Shown one piece after another: positions 30,091-40,380 of a DNA stretch of 64,000 nucleotides (position 1 is the stretch's first letter; each line of letters begins with the position of its first letter). Made by a program: the position numbers and the translations under genes. This DNA is from Candidatus Bathyarchaeia archaeon. GTDB taxonomy: Archaea > Thermoproteota > Bathyarchaeia > Bathyarchaeales > Bathycorpusculaceae. The notes under the pieces are model-generated. The model was not told the DNA's origin. It saw nothing but the letters and a program-made list of their open reading frames with translations, and searched no databases. The DNA lies in NCBI GenBank assembly GCA_049512075.1, contig JBEKXL010000001.1, forward strand, positions 160,001-224,000, read 5' to 3'.

Positions 30091-31445
30091 CAGACTTACG
30101 GGCTTGCCTCATCTCGACATTCCGAAGAGACATTAAATTCCTGTTTCGTTGATCGAGAAACTGAAAACGCATCAACCCGAAACTTTCCTTCATCCTCAAA
30201 GAGAAGGACCGACCAAATAGGCTAACAAAATATATTCGTGCTGATTTGCACTCTGAAATTCGGGACAGTTTTGCCGAGGGCAGCCACACGGAGCGCGTGC
30301 GTTCGGGGTTCTCAGTATTGCACTTCATAGCACTTTCGGCCTCTTCGATCGTCCAAGCACAATCGAACAGCTCTAAATTACAGCTTCCCAACCTTTAGAC
30401 CCGGGAGAACACGTTCAACTTTCTGGAATCCTGTCCCCCTTCAGGTTCGACTTGCGCAAAGCTTTCATCTGCAACCCATAGCACAGCTTCCGTGCCCCCA
30501 ACGATTACACCTCTTTTTTACCAATCCGAGAACGCTGAAGCTACCAGTTCATTGTTTCTCAGGGAGAGCGAGGCCAAACTTGGGTCGTCTTTCCGATGTT
30601 CAGAGTTGCAGGTTCCGCGCGCGGTGGAAGGGGTCAGTAGGAAAAACATACACCTCTCCATAAACAAGGTAAGAAACGCAAAGCTACCAACAAGAAGCAC
30701 ACTGTGACTCATAGACACAAGCTAACTTGAAACGCAAACAATCAGCTAAGAAAGTCTAGGAATTCTTGCTCGGTCTCTCTTACCGAATGAAACTTTTTTC
30801 TACGTATTCCTGAGCCTGCCCGCAACAGACAGAGTAAACAACAATACAACTACGGTAGGATAATTTGAGGAGCTCTTTGACTTTTCTATCGCAAAGGATG
30901 AAGGCAGAAAGCGAAAATAGGAATTTAGTCTTCCCAACCCTTATGTTTAGATTGTCTAGCGCAAAGCACGCAAACGAAGCTTCGACGGGTTTCAGGTCAA
31001 AGGCATGCGGTATCGAAACAGCGCATCTGCACGGTCAGCTCTCGCCCGAGACAAGTTTGGCAAGGTATGCCCGTCCTCATTTGAACATCCATCGCACAGG
31101 AAGCCAATCTGCCGATTCGAAACCGAATAGAATTTGACTTCAACCATCCAGTTCTAAACGACGTGTTTGAAGCATATTCTATTCAATGTTACTGCTTCTG
31201 CTCTAGTTGCTCGCAAAGATTCTTATGACTTCATCCATTCTATTCGCTTTTGGCCTCATGCATCGGTTCAATGAGCAAAAATGCCTGTTCAGGCAAACGA
31301 ATTGAACAAATCTAGCAGATTTGCCGTTAGCCTTCACGAGCTCTCTAAAAAGACAAATGGGTAGTATCGGTCTCAAAATCTGTTTGCGGTTTGGTTTCAG
31401 AAAAAACGGAAAGAAAATGGGGTGGATCTCGGCTGGAAGAGTTTT

Positions 31446-32111
31446 CTAACCGAGGCTGATAGTTGAATTTGTAGGTAGTCCGCCTGGTATGTCTCTCTGT
31501 ATCATCAAAGCTGCGCCTACGCTGGTTCTAATTTCAACTGTGACCGAACTGTACGAATTCAGCGCATATGTCGGTCCCAGCCAGACGATCATGAATGCCT
31601 TACCATTTTGCTGCAGAACCGTTTCATTCGCGACTAGAGCGTTGTATAGGAAGGCTGTCGCATTTGGCGTAGCTCCGCTCCAATTATTGGAATTCGTTGT
31701 GCTAATGAGGGTCATGATGTCTGTCGCGGTTGAAGTTGTTGAGCCATTGTATACGTTGGCAAGTGAGAAGTTCGCGCCTTCCACCGCAACTACAACGGTG
31801 TTGCCAGCCATGTCTACTTGTTGCTGGGCTACCGCTAGTTTCAATGGAATAGCGAGAGCCGTCACGTTGCAAGTGCTGCCATCGCTGCTTGTCCACGCTG
31901 TTATGTAGCCGTCAAGTTCTAAAGCGCTTGTCGCCTCGTTGATGCCCTTGCTAATCGTTGACTTCGCCGTCTGAGCCGAGTAGAAACCCATGTTGATGAC
32001 CACGTAGGCCAAGGCTGCGGCTATCACTACGAAGGCAATCAAAACGATTGCAGCTTCAATGCCGACGATGCCGCGCTTCTTGCGGATGCAACGCATCAGG
32101 GTGTTCATCAT
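31446..32111 (-). CDS. arlB: Archaellin
   Basis: Class III signal peptide KKRG/IVGIEAAIVLIAFVVIAA. Confidence 0.93.
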   Translation of the reverse strand: MMNTLMRCIRKKRGIVGIEAAIVLIAFVVIAAALAYVVINMGFYSAQTAKSTISKGINEATSALELDGYITAWTSSDGSTCNVTALAIPLKLAVAQQQVDMAGNTVVVAVEGANFSLANVYNGSTTSTATDIMTLISTTNSNNWSGATPNATAFLYNALVANETVLQQNGKAFMIVWLGPTYALNSYSSVTVEIRTSVGAALMIQRDIPGGLPTNSTISLG

Positions 32112-32118
32112 GGTTCAC

Positions 32119-32820
32119 CTAACTGCCTACTGTGCTCCATCCTGGAGCTAGCTGGGGCGAAACAACGAAACTCACGGCGAGCGGTGCGCCTTGCTCAGGC
32201 CTAATCTGGAGGTAAATGGTTTGGCCGTGAACTGCGCGGTCCTGTGGTGCGAAGGAGACCACTAGAAATCCTTTTTCGTTGCTGTCAAGCGAAGTGTTGT
32301 TGTTACTATTGCCTATGAACAGCTCCGCCGTAGTTGTGGTGCCTCCATTGGACAATGCGGTTTGACCCACATCGGTGACCAAACTGTCCATTGTAGTACT
32401 ATATGGATCGATAGTGCTGGCGGTGGTGGCGTTGACTCCATAGTAGCAATTGGCGATTGCTGTTTGGTTAGAGACCGTCAAAGTAATTTGGGTTGAATTT
32501 GCATCCATTGGAACGTATCTGACTCCGATTACTTGCAGCGGGACCATCAAGGCGTCAACGTAGTAAGGAGCAGTAGTGTTGGCTCTTACCATGATGTCTC
32601 CGTCGACAACTAGAGGGCTACTTGCTTCTGACAAGCCCGTCTGAATTGTCTGTTTGCCGCTCTGTGTTGCGAACAGACCCATGTTGACAACCATGAAGGC
32701 GAAGGCAGCAGCGACAATGACGAAAGCGATGAGCACGATTGCAGCTTCAATGCCTACCATAGCGCGATTTTGTTTCAGTAGTTTTCTTAGGCTTTGTTTT
32801 ATTTTCATTTTCTTTTTCAC
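32119..32820 (-). CDS. arlB: Archaellin
   Basis: NRA/MVGIEAAIVLIAFVIVAA and LDSNEKG; true start may be the downstream ATG after AGGTGA. Confidence 0.93.
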   Translation of the reverse strand: MKKKMKIKQSLRKLLKQNRAMVGIEAAIVLIAFVIVAAAFAFMVVNMGLFATQSGKQTIQTGLSEASSPLVVDGDIMVRANTTAPYYVDALMVPLQVIGVRYVPMDANSTQITLTVSNQTAIANCYYGVNATTASTIDPYSTTMDSLVTDVGQTALSNGGTTTTAELFIGNSNNNTSLDSNEKGFLVVSFAPQDRAVHGQTIYLQIRPEQGAPLAVSFVVSPQLAPGWSTVGS

Positions 32821-33144
32821 CTGAGCCTAAGAGTATTGACTATTGCGATATAATACTCTGTGCGTCACAGCCCCCACAAACAACGCTCGCCCAAAAAGGA
32901 TAGTTCGACGTTTCCGAGCTCGGCCGACGACCATCAACTGGGCAGATGTTACGGGGCCTCGAGGTCGGAGTTGACTGAGTGCCTGAAAGCCTAGACTCCC
33001 CGTTCCGTTTTCTAAGACCTTTCTGCAGGTTTCAGTGCACGTCTGTTGCGTTATCCATGTCCAGGGTTCAACAGCGGGTTCAGCAACGCTGTCCTGTTCT
33101 GCGGTTGAGACGCGGAAAGGAGGTTTAGAAGCGTGTAGTTTTGC

Positions 33145-33801
33145 TTAGCTGCCTACTGTTAGCCATCCGTTGGTGAGATCCGGCGGGACGAAGATTTCAA
33201 CTGAGAGAGGAGCACCGTTCTGCGGTCGGATGTCGATATAGATGTGTTCTCCTTCGGCTGCCTGGTCGGTTCCGCTGAAATAGAATACCAAGAAGCCTTT
33301 TTCGTTAGAGTCGAGAGACGAGCCACCATCACTGTTGCTTATGAAGAGTTTTGCGCCTGTGCTGCTGTGTCCGACGGCGTTTACGAGCGTATCAAACTGA
33401 GCTGTGTATGGGTTAGTATCATTTATTCCTTCGTAAACATCGGCAATTGCGGTGTGATTCCCCACTCTTAACGTTACTTCAGTCGAGTTTTGGGCCATTG
33501 ACACGTATTGTGTTCCAATAGTCTCCAATGGAATTACCGTGGCATCCACTTTTCCAGAGCTTCCTCTCAGGTATATGCTACCATCAATCATCAGTGGGCT
33601 ACTCACATCCGATATGCCCTGCTGAATTGTGTCTCTTCCCCTCTGCGTTGCGAATAAACCCATATTGACCGCCATGAAGCTGAAAGCAGCAGCAACAATG
33701 ACGAAAGCGATGAGCACGATTGCAGCTTCAATACCTATCATACCGCGATTCTGCTTCAAAGATTTCTTCAGAGCTTTCCTAATATTCATTAAAGCCTTCA
33801 C
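33145..33801 (-). CDS. arlB: Archaellin
   Basis: NRG/MIGIEAAIVLIAFVIVAA and LDSNEKG; close paralogue of 32119-32820. Confidence 0.93.
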   Translation of the reverse strand: MKALMNIRKALKKSLKQNRGMIGIEAAIVLIAFVIVAAAFSFMAVNMGLFATQRGRDTIQQGISDVSSPLMIDGSIYLRGSSGKVDATVIPLETIGTQYVSMAQNSTEVTLRVGNHTAIADVYEGINDTNPYTAQFDTLVNAVGHSSTGAKLFISNSDGGSSLDSNEKGFLVFYFSGTDQAAEGEHIYIDIRPQNGAPLSVEIFVPPDLTNGWLTVGS

Positions 33802-34228
33802 CTGTAGCTGTGCTCAGTATTCAGAATATTTAGATATAATCTTCTGTATGTCGCAAACTTCACAGACAACGGTTTCCCGCAGAATTTTGACCCTATCTCC
33901 CGATAAGTTTCTCTTTCAGAGCATCATGCTGAGCATCGTTTGCCTCAAACTGCTATAAATTCAAGAATTCCGAAAACGAAGCATCTTTCAAATTCTCAAC
34001 GATAAGCGTGTTGAGACACACCATCCATTCAACAAGACCCAAAATGAGAACGCCACATTGACGAGAGACTGATCAATATTGACTCTAATGGTAAACTTTT
34101 CCGGGCAGACGGATACAGTCTTCAATGTGTTTGGCGTGGTTATCTGTCAGAACGTGCGGTTTGTTGCGGCCTCGCACAATACAAAGATGCTAATTGAGTG
34201 CAGAAGCCTGAGAAAACGATTGAAGAAT

Positions 34229-35155
34229 TCAGTGTCTCAAGCAGATTTCTTGAACTGTTTCTGCGGTTTCATCAAGTTTAGAGAACAGCATTTCTAGTGT
34301 TTCGATGAAAGCATTGTAGTTTGTCCAGAGAGCCACCGTTTTGGATTTCTTTTTGTCGATGTCGTCCTCTCCTTCTTCGTTTTGTTGAATGGCGATGAGC
34401 AGTTCTTTTCTGTCAGATATTATAAAGCAGGGTATGTTTTTCACATCCACTACCCGGTGCTTGTGGCCTGCCCAGCTCATTTTGTCCAAGAAGAATCTGC
34501 CTTTCAAAGAGTTTTCCGTCAACAACGCGATGTCCAGCTTCTTCGAGCACACTTCCAGGTTGTCTATGAAATCGCTGTGGTACAGTTGACCCAAATATTC
34601 GCCTGGAGCAAATATCTGGATTTCTCTTGTCGCCCGTTCAAGAAGCTCATTTGCTTTGAGAAGTATTTGCTGACCGCCTTCGAGTATCTGAAATATCTCC
34701 TTCTTGTTGCTTTCAAGTTTCGGCTGCGGCATAGATGACCAAAGCTCGACCAAGCCGGCTTTTTCCTTCTCCAAGAGCCTGATTCTCATTTTCTGAGCTT
34801 CAATCAGCAGGTCTACAGCTTTCTCCAAGGGTGCCGCTGTGAACTTCAGCGGTCTTTCGAAAACCGAAAAAACGATACCCTTCTTCTCGAGATCGCGCAG
34901 AATCCTGTAAGTCTCCGTTCTATGAAGCGATATTGCCTCCGCAACTTCAGCGGCCTTTCTCTCCCCCGCTCTTGCAAGATATACGTAGACTCTTATCTCG
35001 TTTTTCAGCAGCCCGAACCTGGACAGTGTGTCCTCTATCATCATCAGCTGCTTGCCAAGCCCCTTGTCTCTCTTGACGAACTTCCATGACTCATTCTTCT
35101 CATCATAAACTTTGATCAAATCATCGATTTTTTCCATCGCCAGCTCCATAGCCAT
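34229..35155 (-). CDS. TrmB-family transcriptional regulator
   Basis: LSRFGLLKNEIRVYVYL...HRTETYRILRDLEKKGIV wHTH, coiled coil, C-terminal effector domain (FIISDRKELL, ALWTN). Confidence 0.88.
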   Translation of the reverse strand: MAMELAMEKIDDLIKVYDEKNESWKFVKRDKGLGKQLMMIEDTLSRFGLLKNEIRVYVYLARAGERKAAEVAEAISLHRTETYRILRDLEKKGIVFSVFERPLKFTAAPLEKAVDLLIEAQKMRIRLLEKEKAGLVELWSSMPQPKLESNKKEIFQILEGGQQILLKANELLERATREIQIFAPGEYLGQLYHSDFIDNLEVCSKKLDIALLTENSLKGRFFLDKMSWAGHKHRVVDVKNIPCFIISDRKELLIAIQQNEEGEDDIDKKKSKTVALWTNYNAFIETLEMLFSKLDETAETVQEICLRH

Positions 35156-35204
35156 TCTCCTAGCTCATCGCGATCCGAGCTGACGACCAATTCTAACGAA
35201 GCAT

Positions 35205-35250
35205 ATACTTTATACTTATGAACCTGAAATCTGAATCAGAAATTCACCAT
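35205..35250 (-). promoter_or_regulatory. TrmB gene TATA box plus third copy of the archaellum operator-like motif
   Basis: TGAACCTGAAATCTGAATCAGAAATTCA matches TGAACCTGAAATATGAATTAGTAATACA at 24451; minus-strand TATAAAGTA adjacent. Confidence 0.65.
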
Positions 35251-35678
35251 CGACGGACTCACCCCGCGATAAGAGCAAAGTGGACCGAGAAAAAACCGTC
35301 AAGGCGATCCTATTCTCGAGGTTTCTATGGAAGACCGTGAAAAAACAAACCTCCCTCCTCAATCTTGTAGACCGTTAAATAAAGCCTGCAAATACGATCG
35401 ATAACACGACCAAGCTCTTGAAGTACGTAATCCATAAACAAAACCAGAGATAAAGGATACTTGAAAACTGGAGAAATGATTAAGAGAATTATCGAAAATT
35501 GCGGAGAAACTGCTATTATGGCGTCTCATACGTTATTTTTGACAATTCATATAGGCTTATTGCACCTCAGAACACCTTTCAGACTCCTCAAACGCACGAA
35601 ACGCAAAGGTCTCAGTTAGATATTTACAACTGGAAAATTGAGTTCAGCGAATTCATGATCAGAATGAAAAATTCGTAA

Positions 35679-36515
35679 ATGATTTATCTGATCTTTTGCC
35701 GATTCTTAGATGGAGACTCAGGATTGCAGAGAGATTTCGACGACATCCTGCGCCAAGCCATAAACGAGACGCTGTCTTCGCTAGGCGAAAAAGTTGAGAA
35801 CGCAATATATGAGTGCTTAGAGAAAATAAACATTCAGAGACCAGAAATTCCCTATAAGATTGAGGCCTTTGCAAAGTGTCTCAGTGTAACCTTAGGCCAA
35901 GACGCTCGCATCGTCGAGGCCAATGTTGTGAAACGTCTATTTGAGAACTTAGCAATCCCGTTACAACCGGAAGAGCACTGCGAATTATTGTTAACTGACT
36001 ACGTTAGACGCGCACGTATGCAAATTTACGAGAAGTTCGTCAGTTGCATACGTAGCGGCCTGGCTGTCCTACATTTTGATAACATGAACGATCTTTGCGT
36101 CGTCAAACTCATTGCTGCTAACACTGCTGCGGCGACGATTATGGGTCTAGATGTAGGCAAGGATCTCGGAAGGGCCATTCTGGAGATCTACCCAGGTATG
36201 GAAATAAATATCTTGGAATCTCTTACTGAGGTAATTCATTCAAGAAGGGCAAGAATAGTAGGAAGAATTAAAAGTGAATCTGAGCCCAAAGTGGCTTTTT
36301 CCATCCTATCCTTTCCATTGTCAAGCAACTGTCTTGCCTTGGCTTTCACCAGGGTCGATCAGGTCAGAAAGGACCAAAAGGGGCTATTTGGAAAAGAGGA
36401 GCATTTACATGATGATATTCCAGAGCCAATCGAGGTGACTCTGGAAATCCCTGAAGGAAGGCACGTCTGGCCCGTGCGGGAATGCAAGAAAGCAGAGTCT
36501 GGTCCTGCGGAATAG
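35679..36515 (+). CDS. NitrOD5-like + PAS signal protein, paralogue of 14571-16229
   Basis: Collinear similarity (AINETLSSLGEKV, EIP, LIAANTAAA, EIYP, FPLSSNC); start may be TTG 35724. Confidence 0.72.
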   Translation: MIYLIFCRFLDGDSGLQRDFDDILRQAINETLSSLGEKVENAIYECLEKINIQRPEIPYKIEAFAKCLSVTLGQDARIVEANVVKRLFENLAIPLQPEEHCELLLTDYVRRARMQIYEKFVSCIRSGLAVLHFDNMNDLCVVKLIAANTAAATIMGLDVGKDLGRAILEIYPGMEINILESLTEVIHSRRARIVGRIKSESEPKVAFSILSFPLSSNCLALAFTRVDQVRKDQKGLFGKEEHLHDDIPEPIEVTLEIPEGRHVWPVRECKKAESGPAE

Positions 36516-37127
36516 TCAAGACGAGGGAAAAACGAGGGCGAAGGCCCTATAAGTGTTTTCTTCGTTCTTTTCTCTAGCCAGATTTGGTTGGGACATCGCC
36601 AGCTTTCGGACGAACAAGAAGTAAAGGAGAATAGAAACCATGAATCGTAGTTCAAAGCTAACATGCGCTTCTAGCTCCGCCCTATGAAATTGAGCTTGCG
36701 GAAGAACATTCTGGGGCAATGGCGGAATCGCAAATACATGTTTCTGAATTCTCTGAAAAGCAAGGAATCTGAATGATACGCGTGTGCGTCCCTAGTCTCG
36801 CTTCTTCGAATTATGACCTGAGCCATGTCGCAACGTTCTAGACTACGCTTCCCGTGTCCCAAGACAGCATTTCATCCTGCTACCAAGCTAGACCGGAAGC
36901 AAACAGTCCAGCAAACGAATTTGGGAATAGCCACGTACACTGTGCGTAACTTACTCAGAATTCGTGATGTTGGTGGAACAGGGTGTTCTGAGGTAGCTTT
37001 GTTACAAGACGAGAGAAGAAAAGTGGATGGTGTTCATGAATCGATTTTAGGCATATTTCGGCAATAGAAGGATGGTTTAACTGTCTTGCAGGCATCCTTC
37101 CATTTGTAGAAGTCCAAGCAGGGGCTG

Positions 37128-37481
37128 ATGGAGTTGATGGAGAAAGTCGAGGCGCGGTCAGGAAATGCGCATTGTGTGATACTAAGCTATAATGGAACAC
37201 TTTTTTACGTATCCACGGTTCGCGTTCATCTCTGTGAAGGAGGCACGAAGCATAAGGCGACATTCTGTGCCAGAGAAGCAAATGATGGAACATCGAAGGA
37301 ATTGGCCATGGAAATACCTCAAAACCTATACGAAGTCTTGTTAAGATACGTCGGCTTGAATAACCCTGATCTCATACTCGTTTTACAGGCCCAGGGTGAC
37401 GAATTCAAATGGGGTTTCACTAGCGAAACTTGGCTCAAACAGTATTCATGCAGAGACAATTTCCGAAAGTGTGTTGTCTAG
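37128..37481 (+). CDS. Hypothetical protein
   Basis: 117-aa ORF with protein-like composition; no motif recognised. Confidence 0.45.
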   Translation: MELMEKVEARSGNAHCVILSYNGTLFYVSTVRVHLCEGGTKHKATFCAREANDGTSKELAMEIPQNLYEVLLRYVGLNNPDLILVLQAQGDEFKWGFTSETWLKQYSCRDNFRKCVV

Positions 37482-37732
37482 CTCGACTTTGAACATGTGA
37501 AGCGCACGGAAAAAAAGGCGACAAGACTCTGCCAGCGTGCGCGGAAATAGCCCGAGGATGCAACGTTATAGATGAAGTACGGATCGAGAAAGTTCAGCTT
37601 GCATTCTGATCTGGGATTCATAACCTATTTATTCGCACAAGGACACTTTTTCTAAGAAGAGAGGAATTTGATTGTCTATTTGCAAGTATACTGAACTAGT
37701 GCGGAAGGGAAAATCTTTCTCGGTGATGTGAG

Positions 37733-39031
37733 TTGCGAATTGGGTTCTTTGTCTGGGAATATCCACCTGCACTCGTCGGTGGTTTGGGCACGTATGCAGA
37801 GTATATAACGCGTCAATTCGTTGCCATGGGCAACGACGTGACAGTGTTCACCCTTAACCCGGGAAACCTGAAAACCCGTGAAATCCTGAAGGGCGTAGAA
37901 GTTCACAGACCCTTGATCGCCGACGCAAGCAATGTTTTCCCGATGTTCGTCATCGACGATCTGAAAAAGTGGGGCACAAACATACGCATGTTCAATGACA
38001 TATTCATCTATAATATTCTCAGCGCCTCAAAATTCATAAATAGCATGCTGAAAAAGGAAGGCTGCAACTTCGACGTAGTCTGTGTACACGACTGGCTGAG
38101 CAGCATATCCGGCCTCATGGTCAAGAACGAGACAAAAACACCAGTGGTTTTTCACGTCCACAGCACCGAGTGGGGTAGGGCAGGAGGGCAGGGATCAGAA
38201 GTCGTCTCACACCTCGAATGGGCAACATCCCAGAAAGTGGACAAGATCGTAACTGTCAGCCATGCCATGCATGAAGACTTGGTCAGACACGGATGGCCAA
38301 AATCCAAAATAAGCGTAGTCTGGAACGGCGTGGACCCTGAGTATTATAACCCAAGAAAATGCAAACCCGAAGATGTGGAAGCAATCCGTAACCGGTACGG
38401 AATAAAACCCGACGAAAAAATGGTTTTGTTCCTCGGAAGGCTCACCTGGGTTAAAGGAGTCACGGACCTCGTTCAAGCAATGCCCACAGTGCTAGCAGAC
38501 TATCCCAACACCAGACTGGTCATTCTCGGAAAGGGTGAACAACAGAATGACATTGTTGAAACTGCAAACAGACTCGGAATAAGCGAAAAAGTTGCTTGCA
38601 GGTTTGAATTCGTACCCGAAAAAGAGCGTATCCTGCACTATGCAGCAGCAGACGTCTGCATTTTCCCATCCACATACGAACCATTCGGAATAGTAAGCCT
38701 AGAAGCCATGTCGATGGAAAAACCCATAATCGTCGGAGCCCAAGGCACAGTTGGATTCAGAGAACAGGTAATTCCCACCGGGCCAGACCAGAACGGAGTC
38801 CACGTAAACGGTGGCAACCCGTCCGATATCGCATGGGGCATCAAAGAAACCCTATCTGACCCCGAAAGGGCCATAGAATGGGGAATAAACGGCAGAAAAA
38901 GAGTGATTCAATACTTCACGTGGCGAGAAGCTGCAGAACAGACACTTCGAATATATGAGACGGTGGAACATCCGCGAGGGCACGAGGAATTCAAACTCGT
39001 CGATTTGGTCGAGAAACTGACAAGATCATGA
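37733..39031 (+). CDS. GT4 glycosyltransferase (glycogen-synthase-like)
   Basis: WEYPP..VGGLG, HDWL, FLGRL..KG and EPFGIVSLEAMS motifs. Confidence 0.92.
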   Translation: MRIGFFVWEYPPALVGGLGTYAEYITRQFVAMGNDVTVFTLNPGNLKTREILKGVEVHRPLIADASNVFPMFVIDDLKKWGTNIRMFNDIFIYNILSASKFINSMLKKEGCNFDVVCVHDWLSSISGLMVKNETKTPVVFHVHSTEWGRAGGQGSEVVSHLEWATSQKVDKIVTVSHAMHEDLVRHGWPKSKISVVWNGVDPEYYNPRKCKPEDVEAIRNRYGIKPDEKMVLFLGRLTWVKGVTDLVQAMPTVLADYPNTRLVILGKGEQQNDIVETANRLGISEKVACRFEFVPEKERILHYAAADVCIFPSTYEPFGIVSLEAMSMEKPIIVGAQGTVGFREQVIPTGPDQNGVHVNGGNPSDIAWGIKETLSDPERAIEWGINGRKRVIQYFTWREAAEQTLRIYETVEHPRGHEEFKLVDLVEKLTRS

Positions 39032-39146
39032 AAAAGCAAAATGACTTTGCACGCGTCCCCCCTCATAGTCTATGACCCATAGACATAGAACGTTCTAGAC
39101 AGAAAGACGCGATCAAGTGCAGGCGTCGCCATAGTCGTTGCGCGTC

Positions 39147-39162
39147 CGAAAGGTTTATTAAA
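39147..39162 (+). promoter_or_regulatory. Canonical BRE/TATA promoter for the candidate ncRNA
   Basis: CGAAAG-GTTTATTAAA about 24 nt upstream of the 5' arm of the closing stem. Confidence 0.65.
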
Positions 39163-39184
39163 TCTCACTACTACATACATTGTA

Positions 39185-39347
39185 GTGAAGGGCTGCCGAC
39201 AGGCTTGGACTAGGCTTGTAGACTTGAGTCCTGACTTGCTTGTGATCCTCGAATCCCGGTCTTGTCGTGCATCGCGGCTCTTGACGCAGCTTGAAGCTCA
39301 GTGTTGGCAGCCCCCGGGCAAGATGCACTGTAGGTCTTATCCTTCAC
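39185..39347 (+). ncRNA. Candidate structured non-coding RNA with eight CUUG motifs (family not recognised)
   Basis: GTGAAGG/CCTTCAC and GCTGCCGACA/TGTTGGCAGC stems; 8 CTTG in 90 nt; upstream promoter. Confidence 0.6.
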
Positions 39348-39451
39348 ATTCAGTTCCTGGTTTGAAGAAAAACTGCAAAAACGGAGGATCCATGCTTAAT
39401 CGCTGGTTTTGATGAACGCCTTCAGGGTTGAACATTCATAAACTGGTTACG

Positions 39452-39898
39452 CTAGATTGCGCGCATGTTGGAAAGCTTTTCGACTATGTCAATCATTTCT
39501 TGATCAACGCTGACCGTTCGGGCAATGTTGGTTAGGGTAATCAAACCTATCAGCTTTCCATTCTCCACGATGGGGAGCTTCTTGATCTTCCTCTTAAACA
39601 TGAGTCTGGCAGCTTCGTGGATTTCCATGTCAGGGTTTCCCACGACAAGCTTCTGTGTCATGATGTCCGAAACAGCCAGTTTCCTAGGATCCTTTGCCTT
39701 CTCCAGGACTTTCTCCAGAAGATCTCTCTGAGTTACAATCCCTCTTGCTTCCCCATTGTCCTCGATAATCAAACATCCTATGTTATTCTTGTTCATCATT
39801 TTCACTGCATTGTCGACAAGGGTACAGGAGTTTACTTTCACCACTTCTTTAACCATGATGTCTTTGGCCTTCAAGAAGTCCGCCGATAGGGAAATCAT
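39452..39898 (-). CDS. CBS-domain pair protein
   Basis: AKDIM...GIVTQRD and VSDIM...KLPIV...GLITL. Confidence 0.9.
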   Translation of the reverse strand: MISLSADFLKAKDIMVKEVVKVNSCTLVDNAVKMMNKNNIGCLIIEDNGEARGIVTQRDLLEKVLEKAKDPRKLAVSDIMTQKLVVGNPDMEIHEAARLMFKRKIKKLPIVENGKLIGLITLTNIARTVSVDQEMIDIVEKLSNMRAI

Positions 39899-40380
39899 TC
39901 AATTATTCTTTTAAGGAATTGTGTGTAACAGGACCCTACTATCAACGGAATGGGCGCTGCCTACGTGATCTTGTTGCGTGTCTCGCTACATATGCCCTTC
40001 TTCTTATTAGAATCATACAGAAATCAAACCTGAGGATAACCTATGCTTAGCGCGTGCGCTCACATAAACGGCGACATTACATCGGATGTGTGTAAAAAGG
40101 GGACAGGGATCAGCTCTCGAAAGTATTTCTCATGACGCACAGCCTCCCACTCTCCGACGCCAACGTTTCAAGCGGTCAGAAGCTGGACAGCACGCGCACG
40201 AACTTCGCGCCAAAGATCCCGTGTGGCGAATACAAACACGCTGAAGTGCGCCAGAAGATAATGGCAAGTTTCGCCTCTTCACCTAGATCTTTCACGGCAC
40301 AGAAAATCTTAATTCACTATGCTTAAATCAAAGTGTGCTGTTAACTTCCGAAGACGAATCCTAAGTCGTTAATCCGACGC

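Noticed and set aside
30047-31445. Same-frame minus-strand ORF fragments in the 1.35-kb gap after the giant protein
   Set aside because: No recognisable family, repeats or structure; I cannot support a pseudogene call.
36825-37481. Same-frame ORFs separated by two TAG codons
   Set aside because: No recognisable domain continuity; chance is likely.
39185-39412. 75-aa ORF overlapping the candidate ncRNA; also considered SRP, RNase P, 5S and C/D RNA identity
   Set aside because: The translation has no protein-like motif and the CTTG repeats fall in different frames. The SRP helix-8 motif, the RNase P GAGGAAAGUCC and C/D boxes are absent.
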